A stretch of DNA of 64,000 nt. Source: Anolis carolinensis (Eukaryota). The stretch lies in the NCBI RefSeq assembly GCF_035594765.1, contig NW_026943820.1:5774647-5838646 (forward strand), in the 5' to 3' direction. The notes under the pieces are model-generated. The model worked only from the letters and a program-made list of their open reading frames with translations. It had not been told where the DNA came from and ran no database searches. The translations under genes and the position numbers were made by a program. This document shows positions 51,541 through 64,000 of this stretch, piece by piece (position 1 is the stretch's first letter; every line of letters starts with the position of its first letter).

Positions 51541-54500
51541 GTGCCCTGTGAGTCTGGGGGTCCCTACCCTCGCGGGGAGGGGGCAGGGATAAGAAAGGAA
51601 GCCCCGGAGCAGACCCCCCTCCCCACAATTGGGTCTTGGCTTCTCTGGGCCCCTCTCTCCCATCCCTTACCCTCTTTAAACCCTATGAGGAGCGGCTTAA
51701 AGAGCTTGGCATGTTTATCCTGCAGAAGAGAAGGCTGAGAGGAGATCATAGATCAAGATAAGAAAGGAAGCTCAGGAGCAGACCACCCCCTCTCCCCACA
51801 ATTGGGCCTTGGCTCCTCTGGGCCCCTTTCTCCCATCCTTTCCTCTCTTAAACCCTATGAGGAGCGGCTTAAAGACTGGGCATGTTTATCCTGCAGAAGA
51901 GAAGGCTGAGAGGAGATCATAGATCAAGATAAGAAAGGAAGCTCAGGACCAGACCCCCGCCCCTCCCCACAATTGGGCCTTGGCTCCTCTGGGCCCCTTT
52001 CTCCAATCCTTTCTCTCTTAAACCCTATGAGGAGCGGCTTAAAGATCTTGGCATGTTTATCCTGTAGAAATGAAGGCCGAGAGGAGACATGATGAGGGCC
52101 AGGGATCAAGATGTGAGGGGGGGGGGGGGGGGAAGTCATAGGGAGGAGGGAGAAAGAGCAAGCTTGTTTTCTGCTGCCCTGGAGACTAGGACACAATGGA
52201 ACAATGGCTTCAAGTGACAGGAAAGAAAGAAGATTCCACCTGAAGATTAGGAAGAATATACAGTAGAGTCTCACTTATCCAATGTTCTGGATTATCCAAC
52301 ACATTTTTGTAGTCAATGTTTTCAATGCATTGTGATATTTTGGTGCTAAATTTATAAATACAGTAATTACTAGGTTAAAGGTAAAGATTTTCCCCTGACG
52401 TTAAGTCCAGTTGTGACCGACTCTAGGGTTGGTGCTCATCTCCATTTTTAAGCCGAAGAGCCGGCGTTGTCCGTAGACACCTCCAAGGTCATGTGGCCAT
52501 AGGCATGACTGCATGGAGCACCGTTACCTTCCCGCCGAAGCATGTTTTTGAACTGCTAGGAACAGTAATTACTACATAGCATTAATGTGTAATGAACTAC
52601 TTTTTCTGTCAAATTTGTTGTATAACATGATGTTTTGGTGTTTGTCAAATCATAACCTATTTTGATGTTTAATAGGCTTTTTTCTTAATCTCTCCTTATT
52701 ATTATTATAATTATTATTATTACATCACTTCTACCCCGCCCTTCTCACCCATCAGGGGACTCAGGGCGGCTTACAATATAAACATATACATCAGAAAAAC
52801 AGTTTACATCAGATTTAAAAGTCTTTCAAAATTAAAAAATTACAATAAAAATTAAAATATATATTAATAACCTGCATAATTGTACATTTAAATATAAATT
52901 TAAGGCGCTTTATCCAACATATTCGCTTATCCAACATTCTGCCGGGCCGTTTATGTTGGATAAGTGAGACTCTACTGTACCTCGCAATCTCTGAGGATGC
53001 CTGCCATAGATATGGGGGTTTTTTTTCGTGTCAGGAACGACTTGAGAAACTTCAAGTCACTTCTGGTGTGAGAGAATTGGCCATCTGCAAGGACGTTGCC
53101 CAGGATGTTTTACCATCCTTGTGGGAGGCTTCTTTCATGTCCCCGCATGGAGCTGGAGCTGATAGAGAGAGCTCATCTGCACTCTCCCCGGGTGGGATTC
53201 GAACCTGGCAGCTTTCAGATCACCAACCCAACCTTTAAGTCACAAGGCATCCACTATGCCACCGGGGGTGAAACGTCAGGAGAGAATGCTTCTGGAACAT
53301 GGCCAGACAGCCCGGAAAACACACAACAACCCCATGATTATGGCCATGAAAGCCTTCAACAACACATTAGGAAGAATTTCTTCACTGTGAAAGAGAGCAG
53401 TTCAGCAGTGGGGAGGCTTTGAAACAGAGGCTGGATTGCCATCTGTCGATGGTGCTTTTTTAAATTCAGATTAAATTCAAAGATAAGGTGTGGGAGGATA
53501 TAGGTAAGGAAAGGAAAGAGAAGAATAGGGGGAACATGATAAAGATAGAAAGAAGCAAAGAAGGAATTTTAGGTGAGGGTTGGTTGGGGTAGGGTAATGA
53601 GGGTAAAGATTGTTTTGGTCTTCCGTTTTCTACTTTTCCTGGTTATATTTAAGTATTTAATTGTCTTTTCTTGTTTGTTGGTCACCATCGTAGTTTGAAT
53701 TCACCGGTTTCTCCTTTTTGTTTCTTTCAATCCGTTGCTAGTTTTCTATATGCTTCATATTTTTTCCAGTCAGTTGTCGGTGGTGCTTTGAATGCTAGTT
53801 TCCTGCTTCTTGGCAGAATGGGGTTGGACTGGATGGCTCATGAGGTCTCTTCCAACTCTTATGATTCTATAATTTTTCTTTCCTTTTCAGGGGAGCAGGT
53901 CTTTGCCGGCCTGGAGGAGCACACCTGGCAGGCGGTGATGATGAAGCGCGACCTGAGGGGGCTCCTCCTCCGGGGCCAAGCGCCCCCCGCCCCGCCCCTC
54001 ACCGGACCCCAGAGGGACCCCAGCAGCGCCAGCAGCGGCACCGCGAGTGGAAGTGGGTCTGCTGGGTTCCAAGGTGGGAGTCGGGCTTCCGTTGCAGAGG
54101 CAGCGCCCTGAGCCCATGGCGGTCTCTTCCAGGTGACAGTGAAGAGGAGGAGGAGGAGACCCCACAGGAGGAGGAAGAGGAGGAGGAAGAATCCCACCAG
54201 GAAGACGCAGCCGGCCCCACGGAGGCCATGAAGAGGGAGTTGCCGTCCGCGGAGCAGCTGGGGCTCCACAAGCAGGTGTGACTTGGCTGCAGTGGTCTAC
54301 GCCATAGATACATCTAGATTGGATTGCTGCAACGCACTCTACATAGGGCTGCCTTTGAAGATGGCCCAAAAACTACAACTGGTGCAAAAGTCTGCAGCCT
54401 GTTACTAACTGGAGCTAGTTACAGGGAGTGAACAACACCTTTACTAAATAATAATAATAATACAGTAATAATACATCACTCAGTCCTAAACACTTGGGAA

Positions 54501-55051
54501 GTGTTTGACTTGTGATTTTGTGATACAAAATCCAGCATATAGATCTCGTTTGCTGTGTCGTACAATGTCATTATGTCAATAATAATAAAATATATATAAT
54601 GATAATTATATATTATAATAATCCAGCATATCTATCTTGTTTGCTGTGTCATAATAAAATAATAATAATAATGTTTATTTATATCCTGCCACCATCTCCC
54701 CCGGAGGGGACTTGGGGCGATTCACAGAAATGTCAGATACAAAACAAAACAATGTACAATACATCAATAAACAATAACATGCACCAATTATAATATATAA
54801 GGTTTATTCAACACTTTACTCCCAGCCCTATAATTTTAGTTTTGCACAAGTCCAGGCCCTGCCATCTCTAATCCAATTATGCCTATCATATCCCTGGTGG
54901 AGGCTGGTTTTGATACATTTTTAGGATGTTTTTATACTTTATTTGTTTTAAATGTTTTAATCAGATTGTTTACATTATGTTGTATACTAATATGTTTTGG
55001 GTCTTTTTTTGTTTATGCTGGTCTTGGTCTCCATGAAAGCCACCCCGAGTT

Positions 55052-55101
<50 letters not shown>

Positions 55102-57005
55102 GTATGACACAGCAAACAAGATAGATATGCTGGATTTCGTTTCACAAAATCACAAGTCGAACACTTCCCAAGTGTCTAGGACTGTGTGATGTATTTTCCG
55201 ATGATGCACGCAGATCCCAGTAGGGTGGCCTTTTGCAATTGGCAGATCGTAATTTTGTCAATGTCTATTGTTTCCAAATGCCGGCTCTTTCCTTAGCCAT
55301 CCCTGACTCTCCCGCTTTGCTTCCAGGTGGGCTTCGGCACCAGCCAGGACTCACTGCTGAGCATCTCCCGGTGCCCCCTTTGCCAGATGGAGTGCGGAAG
55401 CCGGGAGCAGCTAGTCAGCCACGTCTATCAGGTATTTGGTGGAGCCCTGAAGATACCCTCCCTCTCTGCAAGAAAGAGCCAGCTCTGGCTACAGATGGAT
55501 GGGAAGGCCTTGAAAAGAACCAGGAAAACTGGGGGAATAAATGTGTGTAGAATATGTTCTTGCTGACTGCCTCCCTCCTACTCAGTGGCCAGCAAGAATG
55601 GCAGTTGAATTATACAATGAAAACATAGCTTTTATGGCCTCTGAAGCCTCCTAGGGCCCAATTTTTTGGAGGAGAAATGGCTTTGGAAAAAACATAAAAA
55701 AACATGTCCCCATTTTTTCCAGTTTTTGTCCAGGCCTTCCCCTCAGCCCTGGCTCACCTCCCGTCCCGCACCCCCATCAAGTCCCTTTAGGAATTGCAGG
55801 CCCAAAGGTCAGGAAACACCAGGGTTCTGGGGGGATAAGAGCTTGCAACCACACTCCTTCTCTCCAGGACACTCTACCTCCCTCACAGCTTGGTCTCCCT
55901 CCCTTGCAGCATACAGCGGCCGCAGTGAGTGCCAAGAGTTACCTCTGCCCTGTCTGTGGCCGGGCACTGAGCTCCCCGGGCTCCTTGGGCCGGCACCTCC
56001 TCATCCACTCTGAAGACCAGCTCTCCAACTGTGCAGTCTGTGGGGCCCGCTTCACCAGCCACGCCACCTTCAACAGGTGAGAAACTGCGGACGGGGACAA
56101 GAGGGCGAGATTCCCTGGCTTTGTAGGAATGGAACGGGGCTCCCCTCACTCAGAGGCTCAGTAGGCAGGACAGGTGAGAAGAGCTGGGAGTTGAAGCCCA
56201 AAACACCTGGAGGGAGGGCCCAAGTTGGCCGAGGTTTGATTTACACTGAGGAGGAGCCTCAGGGGTCGGATGAAGAGAGCAGCAGAAGGCAGCTGTAGAA
56301 GTCTGTACCAGGCCTTTGCCCCTTGTCTTCCGCAGTGAGAAGGTGCCAGAAGTGCTGTGTGGAGATGCCCTGCCCATCCCACTTCCCGAGGGCTCCTCCG
56401 AGGCCCAGGAGAAGGCCCCTACCGGAGATCCTGCTGCCCCAGGCCCAGCGGTCTTCCCCGCAGGCCTCCTCCTGGTCTGCAACAGCTGTGTGGCCTACCG
56501 GAAGCTGCTGGAGGCCCAGTCCCCCGGAGTGCGCAAGTGGGCCGTGCGGCGGCAGAATGAGCCCATGGAGGCCCGGCTGCAGCGCCTGGAGCGGGAGCGG
56601 ACAGCCAAGAAGAGCCGGCGGGACAGCGAGACACCCGAGGAACGGGAGGTGCGACGCATGCGGGACCGGGAGGCCAAGCGGATGCAGCGTCTGCAGGAGA
56701 CAGACGAACAGCGAGCGCGCCGGCTGCAGCGGGACCGTGAAGCCATGCGCCTCAAGCGCGCCAACGAGACCCCCGAGAAGCGGCAGGCCCGGCTCATCCG
56801 GGAGCGCGAGGCCAAGCGGCTGAAGCGGCGACTGGAGAAGATGGACATGATGCTGCGGGCTCAGTTTGGCCAGGACCCCTCAGCCATGGCTGCTCTGGCC
56901 GCAGAGATGAACTTCTTCCCACTTCCCGTGGGCGGCATGGAGCTGGATGGCCAACTCCTGGGCAAGATGGCCTTCGAAGAGCCAAGCGCCAGCGCTCTGC
57001 ACTAA
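51508..57005 (+). CDS. ZNF821: Zinc finger protein 821 (C2H2 fingers plus STPR domain)
   Basis: Exons 51508-51547, 53891 to about 54046-54073 (donor ambiguous), 54133-54275, 55327-55431, 55910-56076, 56336-57005. MSRRKQT.PNKV, CPLCQMECGSREQL..H, CPVCGRALSSPGSLGRHLLIH, ETPEEREVRRMRDREAKR repeats. AATAAA at 57161. Confidence 0.95.
51588..52090 (+). repeat. Three tandem units of about 170 bp, each made of intronic sequence plus a CR1 fragment
   Basis: Units start at 51588, 51757 and 51928 (GATAAGAAAGGAAGC...CCCTATGAGGAGCGGCTTAAAGA...). Confidence 0.9.
52261..52977. mobile_element. Mariner MITE family 1 copy with nested Sauria-type SINE (about 52372-52560, -) and LINE tail
   Basis: TIRs with TA. 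SINE tail (AAAGGTAAAG) and body lie inside. Confidence 0.8.
52980..53364 (+). mobile_element. Penelope pLTR interrupted by a minus-strand tRNA-derived SINE (about 53019-53263)
   Basis: CTGAGGATGCC...GATATGGGGG | poly-T ... GGATTCGAACC ... | GGGGGTGAAACGTCAGG. Confidence 0.7.
55052..55101. repeat. (TAT)n microsatellite
   Basis: Direct. Confidence 0.95.
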
Positions 57006-59884
57006 AACCCTCCAAAAGCCCCGGACCGTTGCAGGGGGCCCTTTACATTGGAGCTGCAACCTTTTGTTGAGGAGGGAGGGCGCTGGGGTGGGAGGGGCAC
57101 TGCGGCCTGTGAATTGGGAGCAGACCACAGCCCAGGTGGGACTGGGGTTGCAGCCGAGATAATAAATTAATTATACTTGCTCTGGTCAAGACCTATCTCC
57201 TGCATTCATTTCTGGGTGCCTCACTTTAAGGAGACAAATTGGAGCAGGTTCAAGCATGGAAATCAAAGCCTTTGCAAGGTGAATGGAAATGGGCAGGTTT
57301 AGCTTGGTGAAGAGAAGACTGAGGGTGACATAATCACATTTTATATATACCTCAAGGGTTGGCATGAGGGTCTGTGGGGGGGGGGGTCTGTTTTTGCAGC
57401 CTCAGAGGATAGGAGTTAGTGCTATAGCTTTTAAAGTCACAGGAAGGGGGATTTCAACTGAACTTTAAAGGAAGGAACATTCTGACCAAGTGGTTTGGCG
57501 GTGAAACCGAGTGCCCAGGCAAGTGGAGAGGCTCCCTTTTCCCAAATACGTTCAGAAGAGGCTGGGCAGGGCTGTGCCCTGAAGTCCTGGAGGGGCAGCA
57601 ACACTCCATGGCATGATTAAGAAGCAGACACAGCAAGGTAAAAGCTATAGGCTTATAATTATATAGATATATAGATATATGCATATATACTGTTTACATG
57701 GTCAACAAGTTAAATGCAGTATCTGTAAGAGCATTAACAATAAAAATACAATCTGTGTGTACAGAGACTTTAAATGGTAAAACAGGGAAAGGGATCTGAC
57801 TCAAAGTACAAATATACAGTACAAATTGATTTATTTAAAACAGATACAAAAGAAGCACAACAAAATAGATTATCCCCCTTGGACTAGTAATGCTTCATTA
57901 AAGGGTAGATGGGAGAGACGGGGCCGGGCAGGCGGCTACTCCTAAGGCTTGGCCTGGGATGCAGCTGGGGCTCCTGGTGCACTGCACACACATTTGCACG
58001 TGGGACTAAGGTGCTTGCAAGGGGCCCAGGCGGGGAGCGGGGGCCACAGCATTGCCTTCTTTCCTTGCCTGCCTGCCTGCCTTCATTGTGGAGTCCTGCA
58101 AAGAAGCTGCTGGGCTGAGACCAGCCCAAGAGCCGCTTTGGGGCCCCATGGGGAAGGCACTGCTGGGCAACGGGTTCACTGTAGGATCAGGGAATGACTT
58201 ATTGCTCTGGAACATGGGCTCCTGACCCCCCGCCCCAGAAAGAACAGCAGCCCAGGCCCCTCTGCTGTGCATGACAGCAACCCGATTTGTGGCCAGGCTG
58301 ACTCTGGCCCTAGGAGAGCAGCAGCCAACCAGCAGGACAGAAACAATACATTGTCTCTGTGGATCAAGTCAAGAGAAGGCTGCAAAAAAGGGAGGAGGGA
58401 CAGACTTATTCCAGCACCTCCAGCCCTCAGTCTTACTTGGCCCCAAAGGAATAAAGGAAGGGACTTTCCAACACCCCCACCTCTGTTCTCCTACCTCTAT
58501 CTCTCAGCCAGAGGAGGGGCAATGATACAGGTAAAGACTTAAGGGCCACCTGGGAAGATGTGGAGGAAGGCGGCCAGGAGGTGGGCAGCCACAGACAGTG
58601 CAAAGTGCCAGCGTCAGAGACGGCACGCTTGGAGAAAAACACAAAGGGGGTGCAAATGCCTCCTTTTCCCTGGTCCCAGGTGAAGAAGCCAGCAAGGTCC
58701 CAGGAAGGAAAGCCAAGACCTCCTTTGCTTTTTGTACAGGGCTGTTCAGAGAAGCTGTTGCTTTGAGATGCTCTGAAGAAACAGCAGGACCTGAGGGGAC
58801 ACTCTGAGGCAGGCAGGGGCTGTGCTGGAAAGCTGGTACAGCACCTCAGGCTTAACTGCCAGCCATCTCAACGTCTTCCAAATTTTATTTGCCTCTCTCT
58901 GCAAACAAGTGTGCCACTCTCTCCGGGGGAGGTCTTCCTCTCTGTAGAATGGGACCATGGCATTTCCTGGCCTGCATTCGGCCCTTTCAGCCCTCCAGTC
59001 AGGTGGCATGGTGGTCCTGCATTGCATTCCCAATGGCCAGCAGCCAGGAAGGCAGGCTTTCCTTTCCTGATGTTGGGGACAGAGTGGCTCTGTTTCCCAG
59101 AGGGACTAATGGCTCTACTTGGATGATAAGGGTCCAGGATGAGAAAAGACCTGCTTCAAAGAAGTCACCAGCAGCAGGAGCCCTCCTTACAGCAGGAAGG
59201 GACTGCCACTGCACCCAAGGAGGGGAAGGGCTCTGCACACAGACAGGGAGCCTAGAGAACCCAATTCCTGTATAGACAAACAATGTGGATGGGCCCTTGG
59301 ACACACACACACAGTCTCTCAAACCCGCCTGCTTTCTGGATCTGGCTCCCACCCGGCTGCAGGGCAGAGGCAGCATGCTTGGAGCGAGACACAAAGGGGC
59401 AGCGGATATCACCTTTTCCCTGGTCCCAGGTGAGGAATTTGCCCAGCAGTCTCTCCCTGGGGAGGAGCATGAGCTTCCTTGACTCAGGGCTGCTGTCAAA
59501 GAATCCAAAGCAGTCCAGGGCTTCCCTGCTGCCTGAGGATAGACCTGGCCCTCGCCTGCTCAGACTCCCTGCAAGCGCCTGGTGCAAGTGCTTCTTCTCG
59601 TAAGTAAGCCAAAGGCCTAGTAAAGTGCTTGTGTGAGGAGGGGCCTTGGAAGTTTTCCCCCTGCTCCCAGAAAAAGAGCAGCAAGGGCTCTCCCACCTGC
59701 GTCTGCTCTGACCCTTGACCTAAAAACCGCCCTGCTGGTGGAAAAGGGGGTCTCTGTCAGTGGAATGCATTGAGGCACATGGCTGCAGGAAAGGCTGGGT
59801 GGGGCCCAGGGAGGTCTGAGCACAGACCAGGCCAGAAGAGGCCTGGTTGGGCTTTGCAGGGAAGCAATGGAGTTCTCCAAAGGG

Positions 59885-61765
59885 TCACTTCCCTGCATTA
59901 GAGCGGCCCTCGATAGACAGCTTGACCTCCTGAGGAATGAAGGAGGGGCGCAGGAGGGGCGGCCCAAGAGACTCCTCCCCAAGCCTCTGTGGGCCGGGGC
60001 CTGCCCAGCTGAGTGCAGAGACAACAGGGCTGAGCTGAGAGACCTCTGGGGAGGGCCCTCTCCCCACCCCTCCCAGCCCCGGAGGGCTCCTCTCTGCAGC
60101 CGGGACCCCAGAGGGCTCCCGTAGAACACCCTGCCTGGCGCAGCCGGGCCTCTCCCCGCCCTCAGGGCTGGCAAGAGGAGCCGGGCGGCCGTTGAGACCC
60201 TGGAGACTGATGGAGACGCAGACGTCGCCCACCTGGAGGCCATGGCAACGGAGGGCGAAGAGCCGGGCGGTCCTCTCAGGGCTGCAGGAGGACCAGCCCT
60301 GACCATAGACAAAGAAGGGGTGCTCGGGGGGCACATCGATGCTCACCTTGCTCTGCTGCTCCCCCACTACAAAGTGCAGCGTCACCAGGCCTGGCCAGGT
60401 ACTCTCCCGGATGTCCACCACTGTGCTGGAATCTATCTTCAGGCCGCCACTGGCCTCCGCACTGCGCACAAAGTCCTGGGTCTGCAAGTCCTCCACCCGT
60501 TTCAGTTCCCCGGTGGCCAGCTGGATGATGGCCCCCTTCATGAAGTGAGAGGGCAGATGGCCCTGAGAGCGGGGGGTACACTCTGCCGCCCCTGCCTCTA
60601 GGCTCGGTGACCCCGGGATGCTGTCGCAAGCAGCCGGACGGAAGGGGCCCAGCTTCCCGTTGGCCATCGCTGGTCCCACAAGCATCTCCCCAGGACAGAG
60701 CTGCTCCTGCTCCTGCTCCGAGGGCCTTCTGTCAGCCGCCGCAGCCAGAGCTGCTCCTGAGAGGTTCCTGGCTGAGTCTGCCTTCTGTCCATGGCTGCTG
60801 TGGGAGAGGTTCAGTGGGCTCGGGTCGCGTCTCTCTGAAGTGGAGGCGCTGGAGTGGCCCTGGAAGGCCAGCACCCCCACCACCCGCTGCACCTCCAGGT
60901 CTGCCTCTGGGCTGCTTCGCTGAGAGGCCCCCAAGGCCTCCGCCCTCCCAGCCGCCAGAGGAAGGACTGCCGAGATCGGACCGTTGGTGCCACAGTGGAG
61001 GGCTGCTGGGGACCACTGTTCCTTGGCCTCGCCTTCCTGGACATGAAGCCCATTCTCTGTGGCTTCTTCGGGGCTGAGGTGGCCCTCCCTCAGGGCTAGC
61101 TCTGGACCCAGGCTGGCCACGGGGGCCTCAAACGCAGTGTATCCCGGGGGCAGGTGGGACACCTGGTAGTAGACGGGAATCCGGCCCTGAGCCTTGTTGC
61201 CAAACGCCACCTGCGCCGCTCGAGGGCCAGGGTCCTCCTGGAGGAGGGGCACGAAGGGCACCAAGTGGGGCGGTGCCTGGAGGCCGGCGGTGGTGGGCAG
61301 CAGGTGGCCTGGCAGGAAGCCCTGGGGAGCATAGGGCAGTGGGAAGGGCCCCCCCAGGAACTGCAGCGGGGCGGGGGGCAGCTGGGCAAAGTGCACCTGC
61401 GGGAAAGAGGCCCCGGGGGCCTGGAGGAAAGGCGAGGCCACACCCCCGAAGGCTGAAGAGGAGGAGGAAGTGGGGGGCAGGGCACCCAGGCTCAGCACCG
61501 CGGAAGGCGGCGGCGAGGGGAAGGCAGACACCTTGTAAAGCAGCCCATACTGGTCCAGCGTCAGTCCGGCCTGGACACCACCACTCCATGGGGAGGAGGG
61601 GGAAGCCGGGGCCTGACTCCACTCAGAGGGGGGCCCTCCCTTCTCAGCTGCTGTGTGGGGCTCCTCAGTGCTGCTGCTGATGGTGGTGGTGGGGACAGTA
61701 GCTGGGGGGAGGTCCCGCTTCTTCGGAGGGAGAAACTCCTGACCCCGCTCCTGGGCCGCCCGCAT
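59885..61765 (-). CDS. ATXN1L: Ataxin-1-like protein (AXH domain), single coding exon, 626 aa
   Basis: ER.QEFLPPKKRDLP N-terminus, AXH domain PSHFMKGAIIQLATGELKRVEDLQTQDF...EHPFFVYGQGWSSC, C-terminus RPSFIPQEVKLSIEGRSNAGK. Splice acceptor at 61809-61810. Confidence 0.98.
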   Translation of the reverse strand: MRAAQERGQEFLPPKKRDLPPATVPTTTISSSTEEPHTAAEKGGPPSEWSQAPASPSSPWSGGVQAGLTLDQYGLLYKVSAFPSPPPSAVLSLGALPPTSSSSSAFGGVASPFLQAPGASFPQVHFAQLPPAPLQFLGGPFPLPYAPQGFLPGHLLPTTAGLQAPPHLVPFVPLLQEDPGPRAAQVAFGNKAQGRIPVYYQVSHLPPGYTAFEAPVASLGPELALREGHLSPEEATENGLHVQEGEAKEQWSPAALHCGTNGPISAVLPLAAGRAEALGASQRSSPEADLEVQRVVGVLAFQGHSSASTSERRDPSPLNLSHSSHGQKADSARNLSGAALAAAADRRPSEQEQEQLCPGEMLVGPAMANGKLGPFRPAACDSIPGSPSLEAGAAECTPRSQGHLPSHFMKGAIIQLATGELKRVEDLQTQDFVRSAEASGGLKIDSSTVVDIRESTWPGLVTLHFVVGEQQSKVSIDVPPEHPFFVYGQGWSSCSPERTARLFALRCHGLQVGDVCVSISLQGLNGRPAPLASPEGGERPGCARQGVLREPSGVPAAERSPPGLGGVGRGPSPEVSQLSPVVSALSWAGPGPQRLGEESLGPPLLRPSFIPQEVKLSIEGRSNAGK

Positions 61766-62354
61766 GGCGCCGACAAGGAGGGGAAGCCTTCCTGCTGCTC
61801 GGCCTCAACTGCAGAGAGAAGGGCACCATTAGGGAGGGAATTAATAATAATAATAATAATTAACTTTATTTCTAGACCGCCCTCTCTCCCCAAAGGGACT
61901 CAGGGCAGTTTACAGACACAAAACTAAAAGAGAAACATTCAATGCCTCAAATGAGTACGGACATCAAAATAATACGATAATGCACAGTAACAAAAGTAAG
62001 CTTACAACAAAAAATTAAGCACTGAGAAGCAAAAATAAAAAATAATCCAATAAGACACAGTAAACTAAAACATGGGTAAAACATTACAACATATACACTA
62101 AAAGTAATAAAGATACAATTACATTTAAATGGCTTTCAAATGGTTCATTTCAGATGTATCATAGCAGCCATAAAATACAAGTGGGTTAGCCAGCATTCCA
62201 ATAGATTAAATTTATGTCCTAGTCCTCCTCCTCTCCATATGCTAAAGTGCATAAATGCATTTTCAGAAGTTTCTTAAAGGAGAGGAGGGTGGAGGCTGTT
62301 TCTATTTCTTTAGGGAAGGAATTCCTGAGGCGGGGAGTAGAGAAGAGCAAACCA

Positions 62355-62900
62355 CGGACCGTGCTACACCTCTATTCCACCTTGGCCAAACCAAACCTGG
62401 AATCATACTGTGTCCAATTCTGGGCACCATAATTTAAGGGAAGATGTTGACAAGCTGTCCAGAGGAGGGCGACTAAAATGATCAAGGGTCTGGAAAACAA
62501 GCCCTATGAGGAGCGGCTTAAAGAACTGGGCATGTTTAGCCTGCAGAAGAGAAGGCTGAGAGGAGACATGATAGCCATGTACAAATACGTGAAAGGAAGT
62601 CATAGGGAGGAGGGAGCATGCTTGTTTTCTGCTGCCCTGCAGACTAGGACACGGAACAATGGCTTTAAACTACAGGAAAGGAGATTCCAACTGAACATTA
62701 GGAAGAACTTCCTCACTGTGAGAGCTGTTCGGCAGTGGAACTCTGTCTCTGCCCCGGACTGTGGTGGAGGCTCTTTCTTTGGAGGTTTTTAAGCAGAGGC
62801 TGGATGGCCATCTGTCGGGGGGCTTTGAATGCAATTTCCTGCTTCTTGGTAGGGGGTTGGACTGGATGGCCCATGAGGTATCTTCCAACTCTATGATTCT
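62355..62900 (+). mobile_element. CR1 LINE 3' fragment
   Basis: ORF2 C-terminus LESYCVQFWAP / [32 protein letters not shown]...[10 protein letters not shown]; ends CTATGATTCT. Confidence 0.9.
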
Positions 62901-62904
62901 GACC

Positions 62905-63195
62905 ACTGATAAGCTGCTGAATTTGCAGACAGAAAAGTCGCCAGTTCAAATCGAGGGAGAGGAGTGAGCTCCCGCTGTCAGCTCTAGGTTCTGTCAACAT
63001 AGCAGTTCAAAAACATGCAAATGTGAGTAGATCTGGCAGAAAGGTAACGGCATTCCATGCAGTCATGCTGGCCACATGACTTTGGAGAAGTCTACGGACA
63101 ACGCCGGCTCTTTGGCACAGAAATGGAAATGTGCACCAACCCCCAGAGTCGGACACGACTAGACATCATGTCAGGGGAAAACCTCTGCCTTTACT
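62905..63195 (+). mobile_element. Sauria-type SINE
   Basis: Same family as 673-981. Confidence 0.75.
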
Positions 63196-63370
63196 ATGAC
63201 CACCTACCACAATGCAGCCTAAGCCCTGACACATGCACAATGGAGGACCTTCTTATAGCAACATCAGAGGCACCCCAAGTAACCAGATTTTGGTCAAAGG
63301 ACATTTATATAATGCCAAGTTTTTTTACTTTGTTTTTGTTTTAAAATACATTACAACTTCTAAATAAATA

Positions 63371-63696
63371 CAGTAGAGTCTCACTTATCCAAGCTTTGCT
63401 TATCCAAGCTTCTGGATTATCCAAGCTATTTTTTGTAGTCAATGTTTTCGATATATCATGATATTTTGGTGCTAAATTCGTAAATACAGTAATTACAACA
63501 TAACATTACTGCGTGTTGAACTACTTTTTCTGTCAAAATTTGTTGTATAACATGATGTTTTGGGAACTTAATTTGTGAAGTCATAACCTAATTTGATGTT
63601 TAATAGGCTTTTCCTTAATCCCTCCTTATTATCCAAGATATTCGCTTATCCGAGCTTCTGCCGGCCCGTTTAGCTTGGATAAGTGAGACTCTACTG
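63371..63696. mobile_element. Tc1/mariner MITE family 1 copy
   Basis: Both TIRs present, TA flanks. Confidence 0.9.
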
Positions 63697-63720
63697 TAAA
63701 TACAGTTTGAGATCCCACAC

Positions 63721-64000
63721 CCTGGTGAGGGAAGGGGAGCTGCCTCCTGACTGGACATGGGCAGGCCTTCTCCTCGCTCCTCCTGCCCCCCCTCGGCCTC
63801 TCTCCCCGTCTCTCACCCGCCTTCCTCCTCTTCCTTTCCGCCCCCGGCGCCGCCACCGCTGCCTCCGCCTCCTTCTTCCCCGCCGCGGCCAGGCTCCTCC
63901 ATCCCGCCGCCGCCTCCGACTCCTCTCGGGCCTGGGCCCGCCCTCGGCCTCTCTCTTCACGGAGCGCCGGAAGTGCGTTATAGAAGGGCGCGCAAGAGAG
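63721..64000 (-). promoter_or_regulatory. ATXN1L CpG-island promoter and non-coding first exon
   Basis: CpG-rich. CCGGAAGTG at about 63967. Minus-strand donor G|GTGTGG at 63720. Confidence 0.7.

Overview
Eukaryotic (vertebrate, squamate) genomic DNA. The repeat complement (Sauria-type SINEs, Penelope pLTRs, CR1/L2, abundant Tc1/mariner and hAT MITEs) points to an Anolis-like lizard. The window is syntenic with human 16q22: DHX38 (5' part, -), DHODH (-), PKD1L3 (+), IST1 (-), ZNF821 (+), ATXN1L (-). All exons were traced by hand from GT/AG signals and reading frame; protein identities come from recalled vertebrate sequences, not from a database search. Main surprise: between DHODH and PKD1L3 there is a second, apparently intact 19-exon polycystin-1-family gene (19981-28600, about 1016 aa). 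It encodes a signal peptide, a GAIN/GPS with a cleavable HL|S site, TM1, a degenerate PLAT and TM2-5, then stops. It has no TOP or TRP-like channel half and looks more like PKD1L2 than like its neighbour. HP and TXNL4B, which sit between DHODH and DHX38 in human, are not visible here. Other notable points: a solo LTR supplying a splice acceptor tract, Penelope-borne minimal hammerhead ribozyme motifs, candidate GC-AG introns, nested transposons with clean TSDs, a 264-bp palindrome, and clustered miRNA seed sites in the ATXN1L 3' UTR.
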